This document shows positions 9,241 to 19,796 of a DNA stretch of 60,445 nt, in pieces (the stretch's first letter is position 1; each line of letters begins with the position of its first letter). This DNA comes from a virus (taxonomy: Duplodnaviria; Caudoviricetes). The position numbers and the translations under genes were made by a program. The notes beneath the pieces were generated by a model, which was not told the origin of the DNA, did no database searches, and worked only from the letters and a program-made list of their open reading frames with translations. The stretch is taken from the IMG/VR virus record IMGVR_UViG_3300027306_000005, positions 1 to 60,445 of that record; one strand, written 5' to 3'.

Positions 9241-10838
9241 GTTTCTGCATGGCCGAGTTCATCGCGGAGAAGTTTGCTCATGTCGAGTATCGACGCGATG
9301 AGATGCACCCGTACCAGAGAGAGGGTTACGACTTTCTTCGCAAGAACCCTTTCTCTGCGCTGTTCATCGACATGGGGATGGGCAAAACAGTCACGTCGTT
9401 GACGCTCATCGTCGACCTCATCTGCTCCTTCGAGACCCCGAAGGTACTGGTGATCGGCCCGCTCAAGGTTGCCACCGACACATGGCCGAACGAGATCAAG
9501 AAGTGGAACCACACTGCGGTTTTGAACTACACCCTCATTCGCTGCGAGGATGACAACCCGGAGCTTGTCGAGGCAATGCGTGTCGCTCGACGCGAGGCTC
9601 GAAGCATCGGCTTAGGCGGCAATCAGGTCGAGAAGTATGTTCAAACTGTCCGTGCGAAGACCAAGGCTGACATCTTGGCTCGCAAGGCTTCGGATGGGAA
9701 CTCGGTTCACATCATCAACCGAGAAGAGGTTGAGTGGCTTGTTCAGTTCCATGGGCGGAAGTGGCCATATCGAACGGTGTTCATCGACGAGAGCAGTGCG
9801 TTCAAGGACCACACCACGATCAGGTTCAAGGCTCTTGCAAAGGTTCGCAAGACCCCTGGTTTGATCACTCGGATGCATCTGCTCACGGCAACACCGGCAG
9901 CAGAGACCTATGAGCACCTGTTTGCCCAAATCTACTTGCTCGATGCCGGTGAGCGTTTCGGCAAGCACATCACCAAGTTCAGGAACGAGTTCTTCACATA
10001 CAACGCCTACTCTCGCAAGTACAAGATCCGACCGAACTGCGAACAGATCATCCTCGACAAGATCAAGGACATTTGCTTGGTCATGCGGGCGAAGGACTAC
10101 CTCGATCTTGAAGAGCCAACTCTCGCGCCTCGCGAAGTGATCCTCTCAGAGGCACAGATGCGTCTCTACAAGAGCATGGAGGAAGAGGGCTACGTCAAGC
10201 TACCTGACGGCACCGAGATCGATGCTGAAACCGCCGCTGCGCTATCTGGCAAGCTGCTCCAGATGTCCTCGGGTGTGCTGTACGAAACCTTCGAGCTTGG
10301 TGATTGGGAGTCCGAGGACGTACGCAAGGTCAAGCGCGTTCATCAGTTGCACGATCACAAGATCGAGATGCTGCGGCAGATCGTCGAAGAGTGCCCTGGT
10401 GAGCCGCTGCTTGTTGGCTATCACTTCAAGTCCTCTCTTGACAGACTGAAGAAGGCGTTCCCCAAGGGTGTCGCCATGGACAAGGAGGGGCGGTGCATCA
10501 AGGACTGGAACGCACGCAAGATCCCGATGCTCTTCATTCACCCTCAGTCAGGTGGCCACGGCTTGAACATGCAGAAGGGTGGCCATAACCTCATCTTCTT
10601 CGATCTCCCGTGGTCGCTTGAACTGTTTCTGCAACTCATCGGTCGCTTGGCGCGTCAAGGTCAGAAGAATCCTGTTCTCGTGCAACCCCTGATCGCCAAG
10701 GGAACCCTTGACGAGTACGTCTACAAGCAACTGATCAACAAACGGGACGCTCAAGAAATGTTGTTCCGAATGCTCAAGAGAATGATCAAGAAAGCCAAAG
10801 AACGTCAGGCTTTGAGGGAGCTTGACCTCGCTCTTTAA
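9237..10838 (+). CDS. SNF2-family helicase
   Basis: HPYQ, DMGMGKT, DESS, TATP, GHGLNMQ, QLIGRLARQGQ; ATGA overlap start. Confidence 0.9.
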   Translation: MSFCMAEFIAEKFAHVEYRRDEMHPYQREGYDFLRKNPFSALFIDMGMGKTVTSLTLIVDLICSFETPKVLVIGPLKVATDTWPNEIKKWNHTAVLNYTLIRCEDDNPELVEAMRVARREARSIGLGGNQVEKYVQTVRAKTKADILARKASDGNSVHIINREEVEWLVQFHGRKWPYRTVFIDESSAFKDHTTIRFKALAKVRKTPGLITRMHLLTATPAAETYEHLFAQIYLLDAGERFGKHITKFRNEFFTYNAYSRKYKIRPNCEQIILDKIKDICLVMRAKDYLDLEEPTLAPREVILSEAQMRLYKSMEEEGYVKLPDGTEIDAETAAALSGKLLQMSSGVLYETFELGDWESEDVRKVKRVHQLHDHKIEMLRQIVEECPGEPLLVGYHFKSSLDRLKKAFPKGVAMDKEGRCIKDWNARKIPMLFIHPQSGGHGLNMQKGGHNLIFFDLPWSLELFLQLIGRLARQGQKNPVLVQPLIAKGTLDEYVYKQLINKRDAQEMLFRMLKRMIKKAKERQALRELDLAL

Positions 10839-10898
10839 GGTAATGTACACTTCACTTGCTCGATGCGGGGGTTGTGTCGAGTGATGTGAGTGGTGCGG

Positions 10899-10937
10899 AC
10901 GGGTACAGAGGGAAACTTCTGTACCCGTTTCTTCTTT
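10899..10937 (+). terminator. terminator ending the replication operon
   Basis: ACGGGTACAGA...TCTGTACCCGT hairpin followed by TTCTTCTTT. Confidence 0.75.
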
Positions 10938-10962
10938 GCAAATAGGTTTTCACTGATATGGG

Positions 10963-10981
10963 ATATATTCAGTGAATATAT
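10963..10981. promoter_or_regulatory. perfect palindrome ATATATTCA-G-TGAATATAT overlapping the HTH gene start
   Basis: Direct reading; near-identical copies at 52-72 and 55071-55091. Confidence 0.75.
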
Positions 10982-11222
10982 GCCTTCAGCCACCCCCAAC
11001 CCACTGCTTGTCTCCCTGGAGTCCAGAACGGGGCTCGGGCCGACCTACGCCGCTGCGTTGCTGGGTATGCCCTACATCACCTACTCACAGTACCGCTCGG
11101 GCAAACGCCCGCTCAAGGCGACCGTGGTTCGGCACATCGAGCTTGTGCTGTTCCTCAACCCCGAGCAACTCCTGATCTGGATCGAAAGCCATGCCCGTCA
11201 GCCAAATATCGACCAAGCGTAA
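10980..11222 (+). CDS. small XRE-type HTH DNA-binding protein
   Basis: LGPTYAAALLGMPYITYSQYRSGKR HTH; lies directly before the terminase genes. Confidence 0.7.
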   Translation: MPSATPNPLLVSLESRTGLGPTYAAALLGMPYITYSQYRSGKRPLKATVVRHIELVLFLNPEQLLIWIESHARQPNIDQA

Positions 11223-11811
11223 CCAAAAGAGCCTGGATGACCGCAGCCAGGAGATGCTCTTCGAGGGGCTGAACCTCTCGCAGCTTGGGCTCGCATTCAA
11301 CATGGACATCCGGGCAGTCCAACAAAAGCTCCACGGCGTGGCCCCATCCACTGTTCGCCACGGCTCGAAGGTGTGGCTCCTGGCCGATGCGGCTCCGTAC
11401 CTTGTGAAGCCCAAGGTAGACGTGGAGACCTACATCAAGTCGATGAGCCACAGCGATCTACCCAAGCACCTGACGAAGGAGTTTTGGGCGGGCCAGCGTG
11501 CACGGCAGGAGTTCATGCTCAAGGAGGGCGACCTCTGGCCGACACCAATGGTCGTTGAGAACGTCGGTGAGCTTATGAAGGTGATGGCCATGGCCTTAAA
11601 GCTGCTCGGCGACACCGTGGACCGCCAAGCAGAACTCACTCCAAAACAGCGCAAGATCATCACCGAGATCGTGGACGCAACTCTCAAGGATCTGGTCAGG
11701 TCCGTTGAAGAACGCTTCGGAAAGGCGAAGTCGCGAATCGAGGCTGAGGCAGCTATCGTTGCTGAATCGCGCAAGGTTGCCGAAGAAGAGGACGACGATG
11801 AGTCGCTATAA
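11191..11811 (+). CDS. terS: terminase small subunit (DUF1441-like)
   Basis: Position before terL; N-terminal HTH-like LSQLGLAF..D; LPKHLTKEFWAGQ. Confidence 0.8.
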   Translation: MPVSQISTKRNQKSLDDRSQEMLFEGLNLSQLGLAFNMDIRAVQQKLHGVAPSTVRHGSKVWLLADAAPYLVKPKVDVETYIKSMSHSDLPKHLTKEFWAGQRARQEFMLKEGDLWPTPMVVENVGELMKVMAMALKLLGDTVDRQAELTPKQRKIITEIVDATLKDLVRSVEERFGKAKSRIEAEAAIVAESRKVAEEEDDDESL

Positions 11812-13864
11812 GCACATTGGCGAAATCTTCGTCGAACTCGCAACGATCTTTCGCCCGCCTGAGCGCATGTCGCCGGCCAAGGCGGCTGAAGAGTACCGCT
11901 ACGTCAACTCCCCTGGTTCTTACGTGGGCAAGTGGTTGAACAAGACCACACCGTACATGGTTGAGCCGGCAAACACCTTTGCCTCTCGCGATTTCATCGG
12001 TGAGGTGTTCGTCGGCCCCGCTCAATCCGGCAAGACCGACTCGTTGGTGCTCAACAGCTTGGTGTACTCGATCAAGGTTGAGCCGATGGACATCATGGTG
12101 GTGTGTCCCACCATGCTTGCGGCTCGCGACTTCTCGATGCGGCGTATTGACCGTCTGCATCGGCATAGCGAGAAGGTTGGCGCGATGCTGCTACCCGGAG
12201 CCGAGAACGACAACACGTTCGACAAGCACTACCGCACGGGCATGATGCTCTCGCTGTCCTGGCCAACGCCAACTGAACTGGCGGGTAAGCCGATTCCGCG
12301 TGTGATCTTGACTGACCGTGATCGCATGGACGATGACGTCGATGGTGACGGTGAACCCTTCGACTTGGCCTCGAAGCGGACCACCACCTTCGGCTCGTAC
12401 GCCATGACCGTTGCCGAGTCGTCACCTTCTCGTGAGGTGGACAACCTCAAGTGGATTCGGACATCGCCCCATGAGGCCCCGCCGTGCAAGGGAATTTTGG
12501 CTCTTTACAACCGTGGTGATCGTCGTCGCTGGTATTGGCCTTGCCCTGACTGCTCGCGCTATTTCGAGGGCAACTTCTCGATGCTGCTGTGGGACAAACA
12601 GCCGGGGATGACCAACCTCGAAGCTGCCGACAGCACGCGGATGGTTTGCCCACATTGCAGCTACAAGATCCACCCTGACGAGCGTGACGAGATGCAGCAG
12701 TGGGGTTTGTGGGTCAAGGATGGGCAGGCTGTTGACGAGAGCGGGCAGATCATCGGGCCAGCGCCGCGAACCCGGATTGCTTCGTTCTGGCTCAACGGCG
12801 TTGCTGCTGCCTTCACCAACTGGCGCAGCCTCGTTGCGATGTACCTCGATGCAAACGATGAGTACGAACGAACCGGCTCCGAGGAAGCACTCAAGAAGTT
12901 CTACAACAACGACCTAGGTGAGCCGTACTACCCCAAGTCGATGTCGGACCTCGGGCGTCTGCCTGAGACCCTCAAGAGCCGCGCAGAACATCTGCCGGAA
13001 CGTGAGGTTCCTGACAACGTGCGGTTCCTCATCGCCAACGTTGACGTGCAGAAGAACAGCTTCGCCGTGCAGGTTCACGGGGTTCTTCCTGGGACACCTT
13101 TCGACAGCGTGCTCATCGACAGGTTCGACATCAGGAAGTCAGATCGTGTTGACGCAGATGGTGACCGCGAATGGGTGAGGCCCCACGCGAACGCCGAGGA
13201 CTGGTACAAGATCGCCGAGCACGTCATTGATCGGGAGTACCCCTTGGCCGATGGCTCTGGTCGAATGATGTCGATCAAGTTCACGACTTGCGACTCGGGT
13301 GGTAAAGAAGGGGTCACCACCCGGGCCTACGAGTTCTATCGTTGGCTTCGTGCGCAGAACCGTCATCGCCGGTTCATCCTCACGAAGGGTGAAACTAAGC
13401 CGAACCAGCCGCGCACTCGCGTGAGCTACCCGGACGCGACTCGGAGGGATGTTAAGTCTGCTGCGCGTGGCGACGTCCCCGTTCTGATCTTGAACTCCAA
13501 CATGCTGAAGGACGACCTCAACGGACGCTTGGATTGCCTAACGCCAGGGGCCGGCATGTTCCGATTCCCTGATTGGGTATCTGACTCATTGTTCGGTGAG
13601 TTTTGCAGCGAGATTCGCACGCCTAAGGGTTGGGAGAAACCTAGCGGCGTGAAGAATGAAGGCTGGGACTTGGCCTACTACTTCATTGGAGTTTGCGTCT
13701 CAGAACTGATTCGCGTTGAGAGCATCGATTGGTCTAAGCCGCCTTCGTGGGCAGAGGTTTGGGACAAGAATGATTTGGTGCGGCACGCTGACGAATCCGC
13801 GCCCTTTGCGCATAACGTAGAATCCGCTTATGATTTCGGGCAACTTGGGAAAGCCCTAGCCTAA
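11798..13864 (+). CDS. terL: terminase large subunit, lambda GpA family
   Basis: GPAQSGKT Walker A, GDRRRWYWPCPDC, CPHC, DVQ and DSGG nuclease motifs; start at ATG 11798. Confidence 0.92.
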   Translation: MSRYKHIGEIFVELATIFRPPERMSPAKAAEEYRYVNSPGSYVGKWLNKTTPYMVEPANTFASRDFIGEVFVGPAQSGKTDSLVLNSLVYSIKVEPMDIMVVCPTMLAARDFSMRRIDRLHRHSEKVGAMLLPGAENDNTFDKHYRTGMMLSLSWPTPTELAGKPIPRVILTDRDRMDDDVDGDGEPFDLASKRTTTFGSYAMTVAESSPSREVDNLKWIRTSPHEAPPCKGILALYNRGDRRRWYWPCPDCSRYFEGNFSMLLWDKQPGMTNLEAADSTRMVCPHCSYKIHPDERDEMQQWGLWVKDGQAVDESGQIIGPAPRTRIASFWLNGVAAAFTNWRSLVAMYLDANDEYERTGSEEALKKFYNNDLGEPYYPKSMSDLGRLPETLKSRAEHLPEREVPDNVRFLIANVDVQKNSFAVQVHGVLPGTPFDSVLIDRFDIRKSDRVDADGDREWVRPHANAEDWYKIAEHVIDREYPLADGSGRMMSIKFTTCDSGGKEGVTTRAYEFYRWLRAQNRHRRFILTKGETKPNQPRTRVSYPDATRRDVKSAARGDVPVLILNSNMLKDDLNGRLDCLTPGAGMFRFPDWVSDSLFGEFCSEIRTPKGWEKPSGVKNEGWDLAYYFIGVCVSELIRVESIDWSKPPSWAEVWDKNDLVRHADESAPFAHNVESAYDFGQLGKALA

Positions 13865-13880
13865 TTCGGAGAATTTCCAC

Positions 13881-14108
13881 ATGCCGTTGACGACCGAACA
13901 GAAACTGGAAGAAGCCGAAAAGGCTTACCACGCACTCGTGACCGGCACGAGCCCGCGAGTGATCGTCGACCGCAACGGTGAGCGTGTGGAGTTCACCGCT
14001 GCCAACCGACAAGGCTTGGCCAGTTACATCACCGAATTGAAGATGGCTCTCGGTCTGCTGACCCCCAACGCGCTGCCCGTCAACGGTCCCGCACAGTTCC
14101 TGTTCTGA
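13881..14108 (+). CDS. gpW-like head-tail joining protein
   Basis: AEKAYHALVTG...V.DRNGERVEFT.AN; between terL and portal. Confidence 0.85.
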   Translation: MPLTTEQKLEEAEKAYHALVTGTSPRVIVDRNGERVEFTAANRQGLASYITELKMALGLLTPNALPVNGPAQFLF

Positions 14109-14109
14109 T

Positions 14110-15735
14110 ATGGCCAAAACTCCAACCACCACCGAGATCGTCCCTGTTGAGCAGAAAGCCATCGGTGGTGGCTTGGAGGGCGCCGAGCGCACGACGCGGG
14201 AAACCTTCAATTGGGCACCGGCCGTCATCTCGCCTGATCGACAGATCAACCCGAACAAGGAGATGGCCGACGCCCGCTCCTTGGATTCGGTGCAGAACGA
14301 CGGCTTTGCGATGGGAGCCGTTGGCACCCACCGTGACAGCATCGTCGGAAGTCAGTTCCGTCTCAACGCACAACCGAACATCGATGTGCTCGGTGCTGAC
14401 GAAGGCTGGCTTGAAGAGTTCCAGCGGCAGACCGAAAGCCGCTTCAACTTGATGGCTCAAAGCGAAGAGTGCTGGTTCGACGCTTCCGGTCGCAACACCT
14501 TCACCAACATGGTCCGCTTGGCCGTCGTCGGTGAAATCCTGACGGGCGAGGTGCTCGCCACTGCTGAGTGGTTACGCTCAACGTTGCGTCCCTTCAGCAC
14601 AGCGATCCAGATGGTCTCCCCGAGCCGTCTTTCGAACCCCGACAACACCTCCGACACACGCTACCTGCGCCGGGGGGTGGCAATCGACCGTTTCGGCCGA
14701 CCGCTGGGCTACCACATCCGAGCATCGCACCCGACCGACTTCTACAACGACATGGAAGTCAACCGTTGGATCTACGTGCCTGCTCGCAAGCCGTGGGGCC
14801 GTCGTCAGGTGCTGCACATCATCCAGCAGATGCGCCCCGACCAGACTCGCGGCATCAGCGACATGGTGGCCGTGCTCAAGAACATGCGCATGACCAAGAA
14901 GTTCCGCGACGTGACGTTGCAGAACGCCGTGGTCAACGCCAGTTACGCCGCAGCGGTCGAATCTGAGCTTCCGCGTGAAGTGGTGTTCGGTGCGCTTGGT
15001 GCAGGGCAGCCGGGCTTTGCTGACATGCTCAGCACCTTCATGACGGCACTGAACCAGTACGTCTCTGCCTCGGACAACATCGCCATCGACGGCGTGAAGA
15101 TCCCCCATCTGTTCCCTGGCACGAAGCTCAACCTCAAGCCGATGGGTACACCGGGTGGTATCGGCACCGACTTCGAAGAGTCGCTTCTGCGCCACACGGC
15201 TGCAACCCTGGGCTTGAGCTACGAGCAGTTCGCCAAGGACTACTCCAAGACCAACTACTCGTCGGCCCGTGCATCCATGGGTGAGACCGAGAAGCACATG
15301 GCCGCTCGCAAGAAGGCCGTGGCTGATCGCTTCGCGTCGATGATCTACGCTTTGTGGTTCGAAGAAGAACTCAATGCCGGCAACATCCCGATGCCACCGG
15401 GCAAGACGGCTGAAATCTTCTACAACCCGGTGATGCGCGAGGCGCTCCTGAATCATTCGTGGATTGGCGCTGGTCGTGGCCAGATCGACGAGAAGAAGGA
15501 AACGGAGTCGGCGATCCTGCGCATTCAGAACAACCTTTCGACTTTGGAATCCGAGTGCGCTCGCCTTGGTCAGGACTACCGTCACATCCTTCGTCAGCGG
15601 GCACGCGAGCAAAAGATGCTGAAGGAATTGGACCTGATGCCGCCTGCACCGCAACAGATGGGGCAGAATGCGACCCAGGATTCCACGAATGGTTCGGACG
15701 AGAACCAGCACGACGGAGAGAAGAAAGATGTCTGA
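14110..15735 (+). CDS. portal protein, lambda family
   Basis: RPDQTRG, DYSKTNYSSARAS, IDEKKE motifs; synteny. Confidence 0.92.
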   Translation: MAKTPTTTEIVPVEQKAIGGGLEGAERTTRETFNWAPAVISPDRQINPNKEMADARSLDSVQNDGFAMGAVGTHRDSIVGSQFRLNAQPNIDVLGADEGWLEEFQRQTESRFNLMAQSEECWFDASGRNTFTNMVRLAVVGEILTGEVLATAEWLRSTLRPFSTAIQMVSPSRLSNPDNTSDTRYLRRGVAIDRFGRPLGYHIRASHPTDFYNDMEVNRWIYVPARKPWGRRQVLHIIQQMRPDQTRGISDMVAVLKNMRMTKKFRDVTLQNAVVNASYAAAVESELPREVVFGALGAGQPGFADMLSTFMTALNQYVSASDNIAIDGVKIPHLFPGTKLNLKPMGTPGGIGTDFEESLLRHTAATLGLSYEQFAKDYSKTNYSSARASMGETEKHMAARKKAVADRFASMIYALWFEEELNAGNIPMPPGKTAEIFYNPVMREALLNHSWIGAGRGQIDEKKETESAILRIQNNLSTLESECARLGQDYRHILRQRAREQKMLKELDLMPPAPQQMGQNATQDSTNGSDENQHDGEKKDV

Positions 15736-17038
15736 ACACGCTGCACAGCAAGCCATCGCACGGATGAACAACCGTGAGGTGGCTGTCGCTGCTCACCTGA
15801 CCACCCTGGCCATGGACTTGCGCCAAATGGCTGGTGCTGACCCGAGTGAGCAACAGAAGATGTTCCTGGCTCGCCGCAGCGAACTGTGTGAATCGTTCGG
15901 TCTCGCTGCGATGCCGCAGAACAAACCGTTCGCCTTCTCGCAGGGTATCGCCGTGATTCCAGTGACCGGCTCCCTGATCAACCGATTCGGTCAGTCCTAC
16001 GGCTGGATCACCGGCTACAACTTCATCCGCTCCCAGGTTGCAGCGGCTGGCATGGACCCTGAGGTCTCGGCCATCGTCTTCGACATGAACAGCTATGGCG
16101 GTGAGGCCGCAGGCTGCTTCGAGTGCGCGGCCGACATCCCGCGCCTTGCCAACGGCAAGAAGACCTTGGCCGTCGTCGACTCCAACTGCTATTCGGCCTG
16201 TTACGCCCTGGCCAGTCAGTGCGACAAGATCGTGTGCACACCCTCCGGTGGTGTGGGCTCGGTCGGTGTCGTCGCCATGCACGCTGACATGAGCAAGATG
16301 CTCGACAAGTGGGGCATCGAGATCACCTTCATCTTTGCTGGCGATCACAAGGTCGACGGCAATCCATACGAACCGCTGCCTGACGAAGTGAAGGCAGACA
16401 TGCAAGCGAGCATCGACAAGAGCTACTCGGCTTTCGTTGCTCTCGTGGCCAAGGGTCGCAAGCTGGACGAGAAAGTCGTTCGCGACACCCAGGCCCGCAC
16501 CTATCGCGCCGACGACGCCCTTGCGCTCGGCCTCATCGACGCTGTTGCAACGCCCCAATCGGCGGTGCAGGCGTTCTTCGACGAGCTGTCCGGCTCGACA
16601 TTCCAACTGTCCTCAACAAAGGAGCCTGAAATGGCAGACCAAGAAAAGAAGCCGGGTGCCGACGAAGCCAGCACCCAAGCCGCACGCACTGCCGAGCGTG
16701 CTCGCATCCAGGGCATTCAGTCCTGCGAAGAAGCCAAGGGCCGTGAAGCCCTGGCCAACCACCTCGCCCTGAACACCGAGATGTCGGTGGACGATGCCAA
16801 GGCCATCTTGGCTGCATCGCCGAAGGTCGAGTCCAAGACCGAAGCTGCCGCGCAAACGCAGCAGACCCAAGGCAATGCCTTCAAGGCCACGATGGACGCT
16901 GACAACCACCCGAATGTTGGTGCTGATGGCGCTGGTGGCGAAGCTGCCTCCGGTGAGCAGAGCGCCGCCGCCCGCATCCTGGCCAACTACCGCTTGGCCA
17001 CGGGTCGCAACACCGACTTGGCTGGCGCCAAGAAGTAA
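15728..17038 (+). CDS. S49 prohead protease with C-terminal scaffold (gpC/Nu3-like)
   Basis: NSYGGE, YSACY.LAS, GSVGV, AGDHKVDGNPY; possible internal start at 16631 after AAGGAG. Confidence 0.9.
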   Translation: MSEHAAQQAIARMNNREVAVAAHLTTLAMDLRQMAGADPSEQQKMFLARRSELCESFGLAAMPQNKPFAFSQGIAVIPVTGSLINRFGQSYGWITGYNFIRSQVAAAGMDPEVSAIVFDMNSYGGEAAGCFECAADIPRLANGKKTLAVVDSNCYSACYALASQCDKIVCTPSGGVGSVGVVAMHADMSKMLDKWGIEITFIFAGDHKVDGNPYEPLPDEVKADMQASIDKSYSAFVALVAKGRKLDEKVVRDTQARTYRADDALALGLIDAVATPQSAVQAFFDELSGSTFQLSSTKEPEMADQEKKPGADEASTQAARTAERARIQGIQSCEEAKGREALANHLALNTEMSVDDAKAILAASPKVESKTEAAAQTQQTQGNAFKATMDADNHPNVGADGAGGEAASGEQSAAARILANYRLATGRNTDLAGAKK

Positions 17039-17079
17039 GCGACTCGGCATCCGAAACCTGACACTGAAAGGAAACCATC

Positions 17080-17445
17080 ATGGCTGTCAATGACATCGCT
17101 GCCGGCTCGCTCGTCGGCACCTGGGCTCCCGAGCAACTCTTTGCCGGCGATGCCCCCGTCCGCACCGATTCGGCTCCCGCTGCCGCTGCGATCTCGAAGT
17201 ACCAACTGATCGCACTCCTGGCCGCTGGCACCGTGACCCCGTTCGTCCCCGGCACGCACACTGCTGACCAAGCCTTCGTGGCCGCGCAAGCCGCCTCCAC
17301 GGGCCAGCAGTGCCCGTACTTCGCGAGCGGCTGCTTCAACCACGAAATCATCGTCTGGCCCGCAGGCACCGCACTCGACACCTACGTTGAGCGCAAGGCG
17401 CTGTTCGGCAACCGTCCGCTGTCCGTGGGCAAGCTGCTCGCCTGA
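17080..17445 (+). CDS. head decoration protein (gpD-like)
   Basis: QLFAGD, Y.SGCFNHE...WP; position before the major capsid protein. Confidence 0.8.
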   Translation: MAVNDIAAGSLVGTWAPEQLFAGDAPVRTDSAPAAAAISKYQLIALLAAGTVTPFVPGTHTADQAFVAAQAASTGQQCPYFASGCFNHEIIVWPAGTALDTYVERKALFGNRPLSVGKLLA

Positions 17446-17484
17446 TCGCTTTCCAGCAACCAAGCCATAAGAAAGGAACCTGCC

Positions 17485-18528
17485 ATGGCTTTCTACAACA
17501 CCGCCGAACTGCTGGAAACGCTGCGCGTCGTGCGCCAGCCCACCAGCTTCTTCCTCGATCTGCTGTTCAACCGTCAGATCAACTTCGACAAGGACAGCAT
17601 CGACTTCGATGTCGTGTACGGTGACGACCGCAAGCTCGCCCCGTTCGTGGTTCCGAACGTTCAGGGCCGCGCCAGCAAGATGAGCGGCTACGAACAACGC
17701 TCGTTCAAGCCGGCCTACGTCAAGCCCAAGGATGTCATCGATCCCAACATGGTGATCGAACGTCTGCCGGGTGAAGCTCTGGGCACCGGCTCGCTCAGCC
17801 TGATGCAGCGCCGTGACGCCGTGGTTGCCGAACTGCTGCGCCAGCACTCGGTCAAGCACCGCAACCGCCAGGAATGGATGGCTGCCAAGGCGATCATCGA
17901 CGGCAAGGTCACCATCAGCGGTGAGGACTACCCCGAAACCCTGGTCGATTTCCGCCGCCACTCGTCGCTGAGCTACGTCCTGGCCGGTGCCGCTCTGTGG
18001 AGCGCAGCCACTGCCGACCCCCTGGCCAACCTGAAGGCCGCTCGCGTCAATGCCAACGTCCGCTCGGGTGCTCGCATCCAGAAGCACGTCTTCGGTGGTG
18101 AAGCCTGGGACAAGTTCACTGCTCGTGTGAACCTGAAGGATCTGCTGGACACCCGCTACAAGGACAGCCAGTCCGAGATCAAGACCATGACCGATGGTTA
18201 CGAAGGCGTCGAGTTCATCGGCACGATCCGCTCGATCAACGACGGCGGTCGCCTGGACATCTGGGTGCACACCGGCAAGTACATCGACGAGAGCGGCAGC
18301 GAGCAGTTCTTGATGGACCAGAACACCGTGGTGGGCTTCTCCGAGGCCGTCCAGGGTGTGCGCTGCTTCGGCGCCATCAAGGACAAGAACGCCAACTATC
18401 AGCCGCTGGAAATCTTCCCGAAGTCCTGGGAAGAAGAAGACCCGAGCGTCGAGTTCCTGATGACCCAATCGGCGCCGCTGATGGTGCCCAAGCAGCCTGA
18501 CGCCACCTTCTCGATCAAGGTGGCCTGA
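17485..18528 (+). CDS. major capsid protein (gpE family)
   Basis: LAPFV.P, FKPAYVKPK, EWMAA, TQSAPLMVP motifs. Confidence 0.93.
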   Translation: MAFYNTAELLETLRVVRQPTSFFLDLLFNRQINFDKDSIDFDVVYGDDRKLAPFVVPNVQGRASKMSGYEQRSFKPAYVKPKDVIDPNMVIERLPGEALGTGSLSLMQRRDAVVAELLRQHSVKHRNRQEWMAAKAIIDGKVTISGEDYPETLVDFRRHSSLSYVLAGAALWSAATADPLANLKAARVNANVRSGARIQKHVFGGEAWDKFTARVNLKDLLDTRYKDSQSEIKTMTDGYEGVEFIGTIRSINDGGRLDIWVHTGKYIDESGSEQFLMDQNTVVGFSEAVQGVRCFGAIKDKNANYQPLEIFPKSWEEEDPSVEFLMTQSAPLMVPKQPDATFSIKVA

Positions 18529-18601
18529 CGGCTGACCCCTCACATCCGACAACCCCCAAGTCGAACCTCATTCAACCCAATCAGACTCACTGGAGCCCGT
18601 C

Positions 18602-18853
18602 ATGAGCCAGTCCCTCATCCCCTTGCAGTCCATCGTGGTCGTGCGTGACAACAAGATGGTCACGCCGCCCCTGAACAAGCCCTTCACCTTCACCGATGAC
18701 GAAGTGAAGGATCTGCCCGCTGGCAGCTACCGCAGCCCCGTGGTCGAGGTTGCCGCCGACGAAGGTGGTGACGAAGACACCAGCAGCAAGCAGACCGCAC
18801 CCGCTGCCAAGACCGCCGCGAAGGGCAAGAAGCCCTCCAACGAGGATCTGTGA
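18602..18853 (+). CDS. hypothetical head-associated protein
   Basis: GGAG RBS; position after the major capsid protein. Confidence 0.7.
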   Translation: MSQSLIPLQSIVVVRDNKMVTPPLNKPFTFTDDEVKDLPAGSYRSPVVEVAADEGGDEDTSSKQTAPAAKTAAKGKKPSNEDL

Positions 18854-19203
18854 TGCCTTTCGACTTTGCATCTGCAAAGGCGAACGCACGCCGAGTGGTT
18901 CACACGACACTCGGCGTGTCTGCATTTATCAAGGTCAATTCGCTGAGCACGCCCCAAGAGATCGTCGCCCGCCTGCATGAAGCCAGCACCGTCTACGGTG
19001 ATTTGCTTGATCAGGGGTACGCCGAGACGGTTGAGGCTGTTGACCGAATTGTCTTCATCCCCGAGGACATCGCCACTGAGCATCGGCCGCGCAAACTCGC
19101 TGAAGTCACGTTCCCTCATCGTCCTGGGATCACGTTCATCCTTCAGGCCAAGATGCCCACGGATGGACCTCACGAAGAGGTATGGGAGGTGACTCGCAAA
19201 TGA
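18853..19203 (+). CDS. head-tail adaptor (FII-like)
   Basis: Synteny and size; TGATG coupling. Confidence 0.65.
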   Translation: MPFDFASAKANARRVVHTTLGVSAFIKVNSLSTPQEIVARLHEASTVYGDLLDQGYAETVEAVDRIVFIPEDIATEHRPRKLAEVTFPHRPGITFILQAKMPTDGPHEEVWEVTRK

Positions 19204-19796
19204 GCGTCTCCGTTATTGCTGACGCGCTGGGTGACGCCGCTCGCTACTTCGAGCAGTTGCCTGAGATCGCGCCTCAAGCCGCAGCCTTAGCCATCAACAC
19301 GGTGAGCCAGCGCGAAGCCCTGCCGATGATCCGCCGCGAGATGCGCGAGCAGTTGGAGTTCCCGCAAGGCTACCTCGAAACCAAGGACCGCTTGGCCATT
19401 GTCCGCAAGGCCACCAAGGGCGCACTCCAGGCGACGATCCGTGGCCGAGACCGCGCCACCTCGCTCGCACGCTTTCGTGTCGGTGGCCAGAACCCCACGA
19501 ACACCCGTGGTCGTGGTGTGCGTGTTCAACTCAAACGAGGTCAGACACGCTTGCTGCGTAAGGCGTTCTTGGTGAACCTGCGCGGTGGCAACACAGGTCT
19601 TGCGGTACGCCTTAAGCCGGGTGAAAGCCTCCAGAACTCTACGGGTGCCGTGGAGCTTGCGAACAACGTGTATCTACTCTATGGGCCTTCGGTGGATCAG
19701 GTCTTTCAGACTGTCTCCGGTGACGTTGCACCCAACGTGCTCGACTCCGTGGCCAACGAGTTCTTCCGACAACTTGCGAGGTTGAGCAATGGCTAA
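19200..19796 (+). CDS. neck / minor tail protein (gpZ-like)
   Basis: Basic protein, AINT.., LYGPSVDQVF; ATGA overlap. Confidence 0.7.
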   Translation: MSVSVIADALGDAARYFEQLPEIAPQAAALAINTVSQREALPMIRREMREQLEFPQGYLETKDRLAIVRKATKGALQATIRGRDRATSLARFRVGGQNPTNTRGRGVRVQLKRGQTRLLRKAFLVNLRGGNTGLAVRLKPGESLQNSTGAVELANNVYLLYGPSVDQVFQTVSGDVAPNVLDSVANEFFRQLARLSNG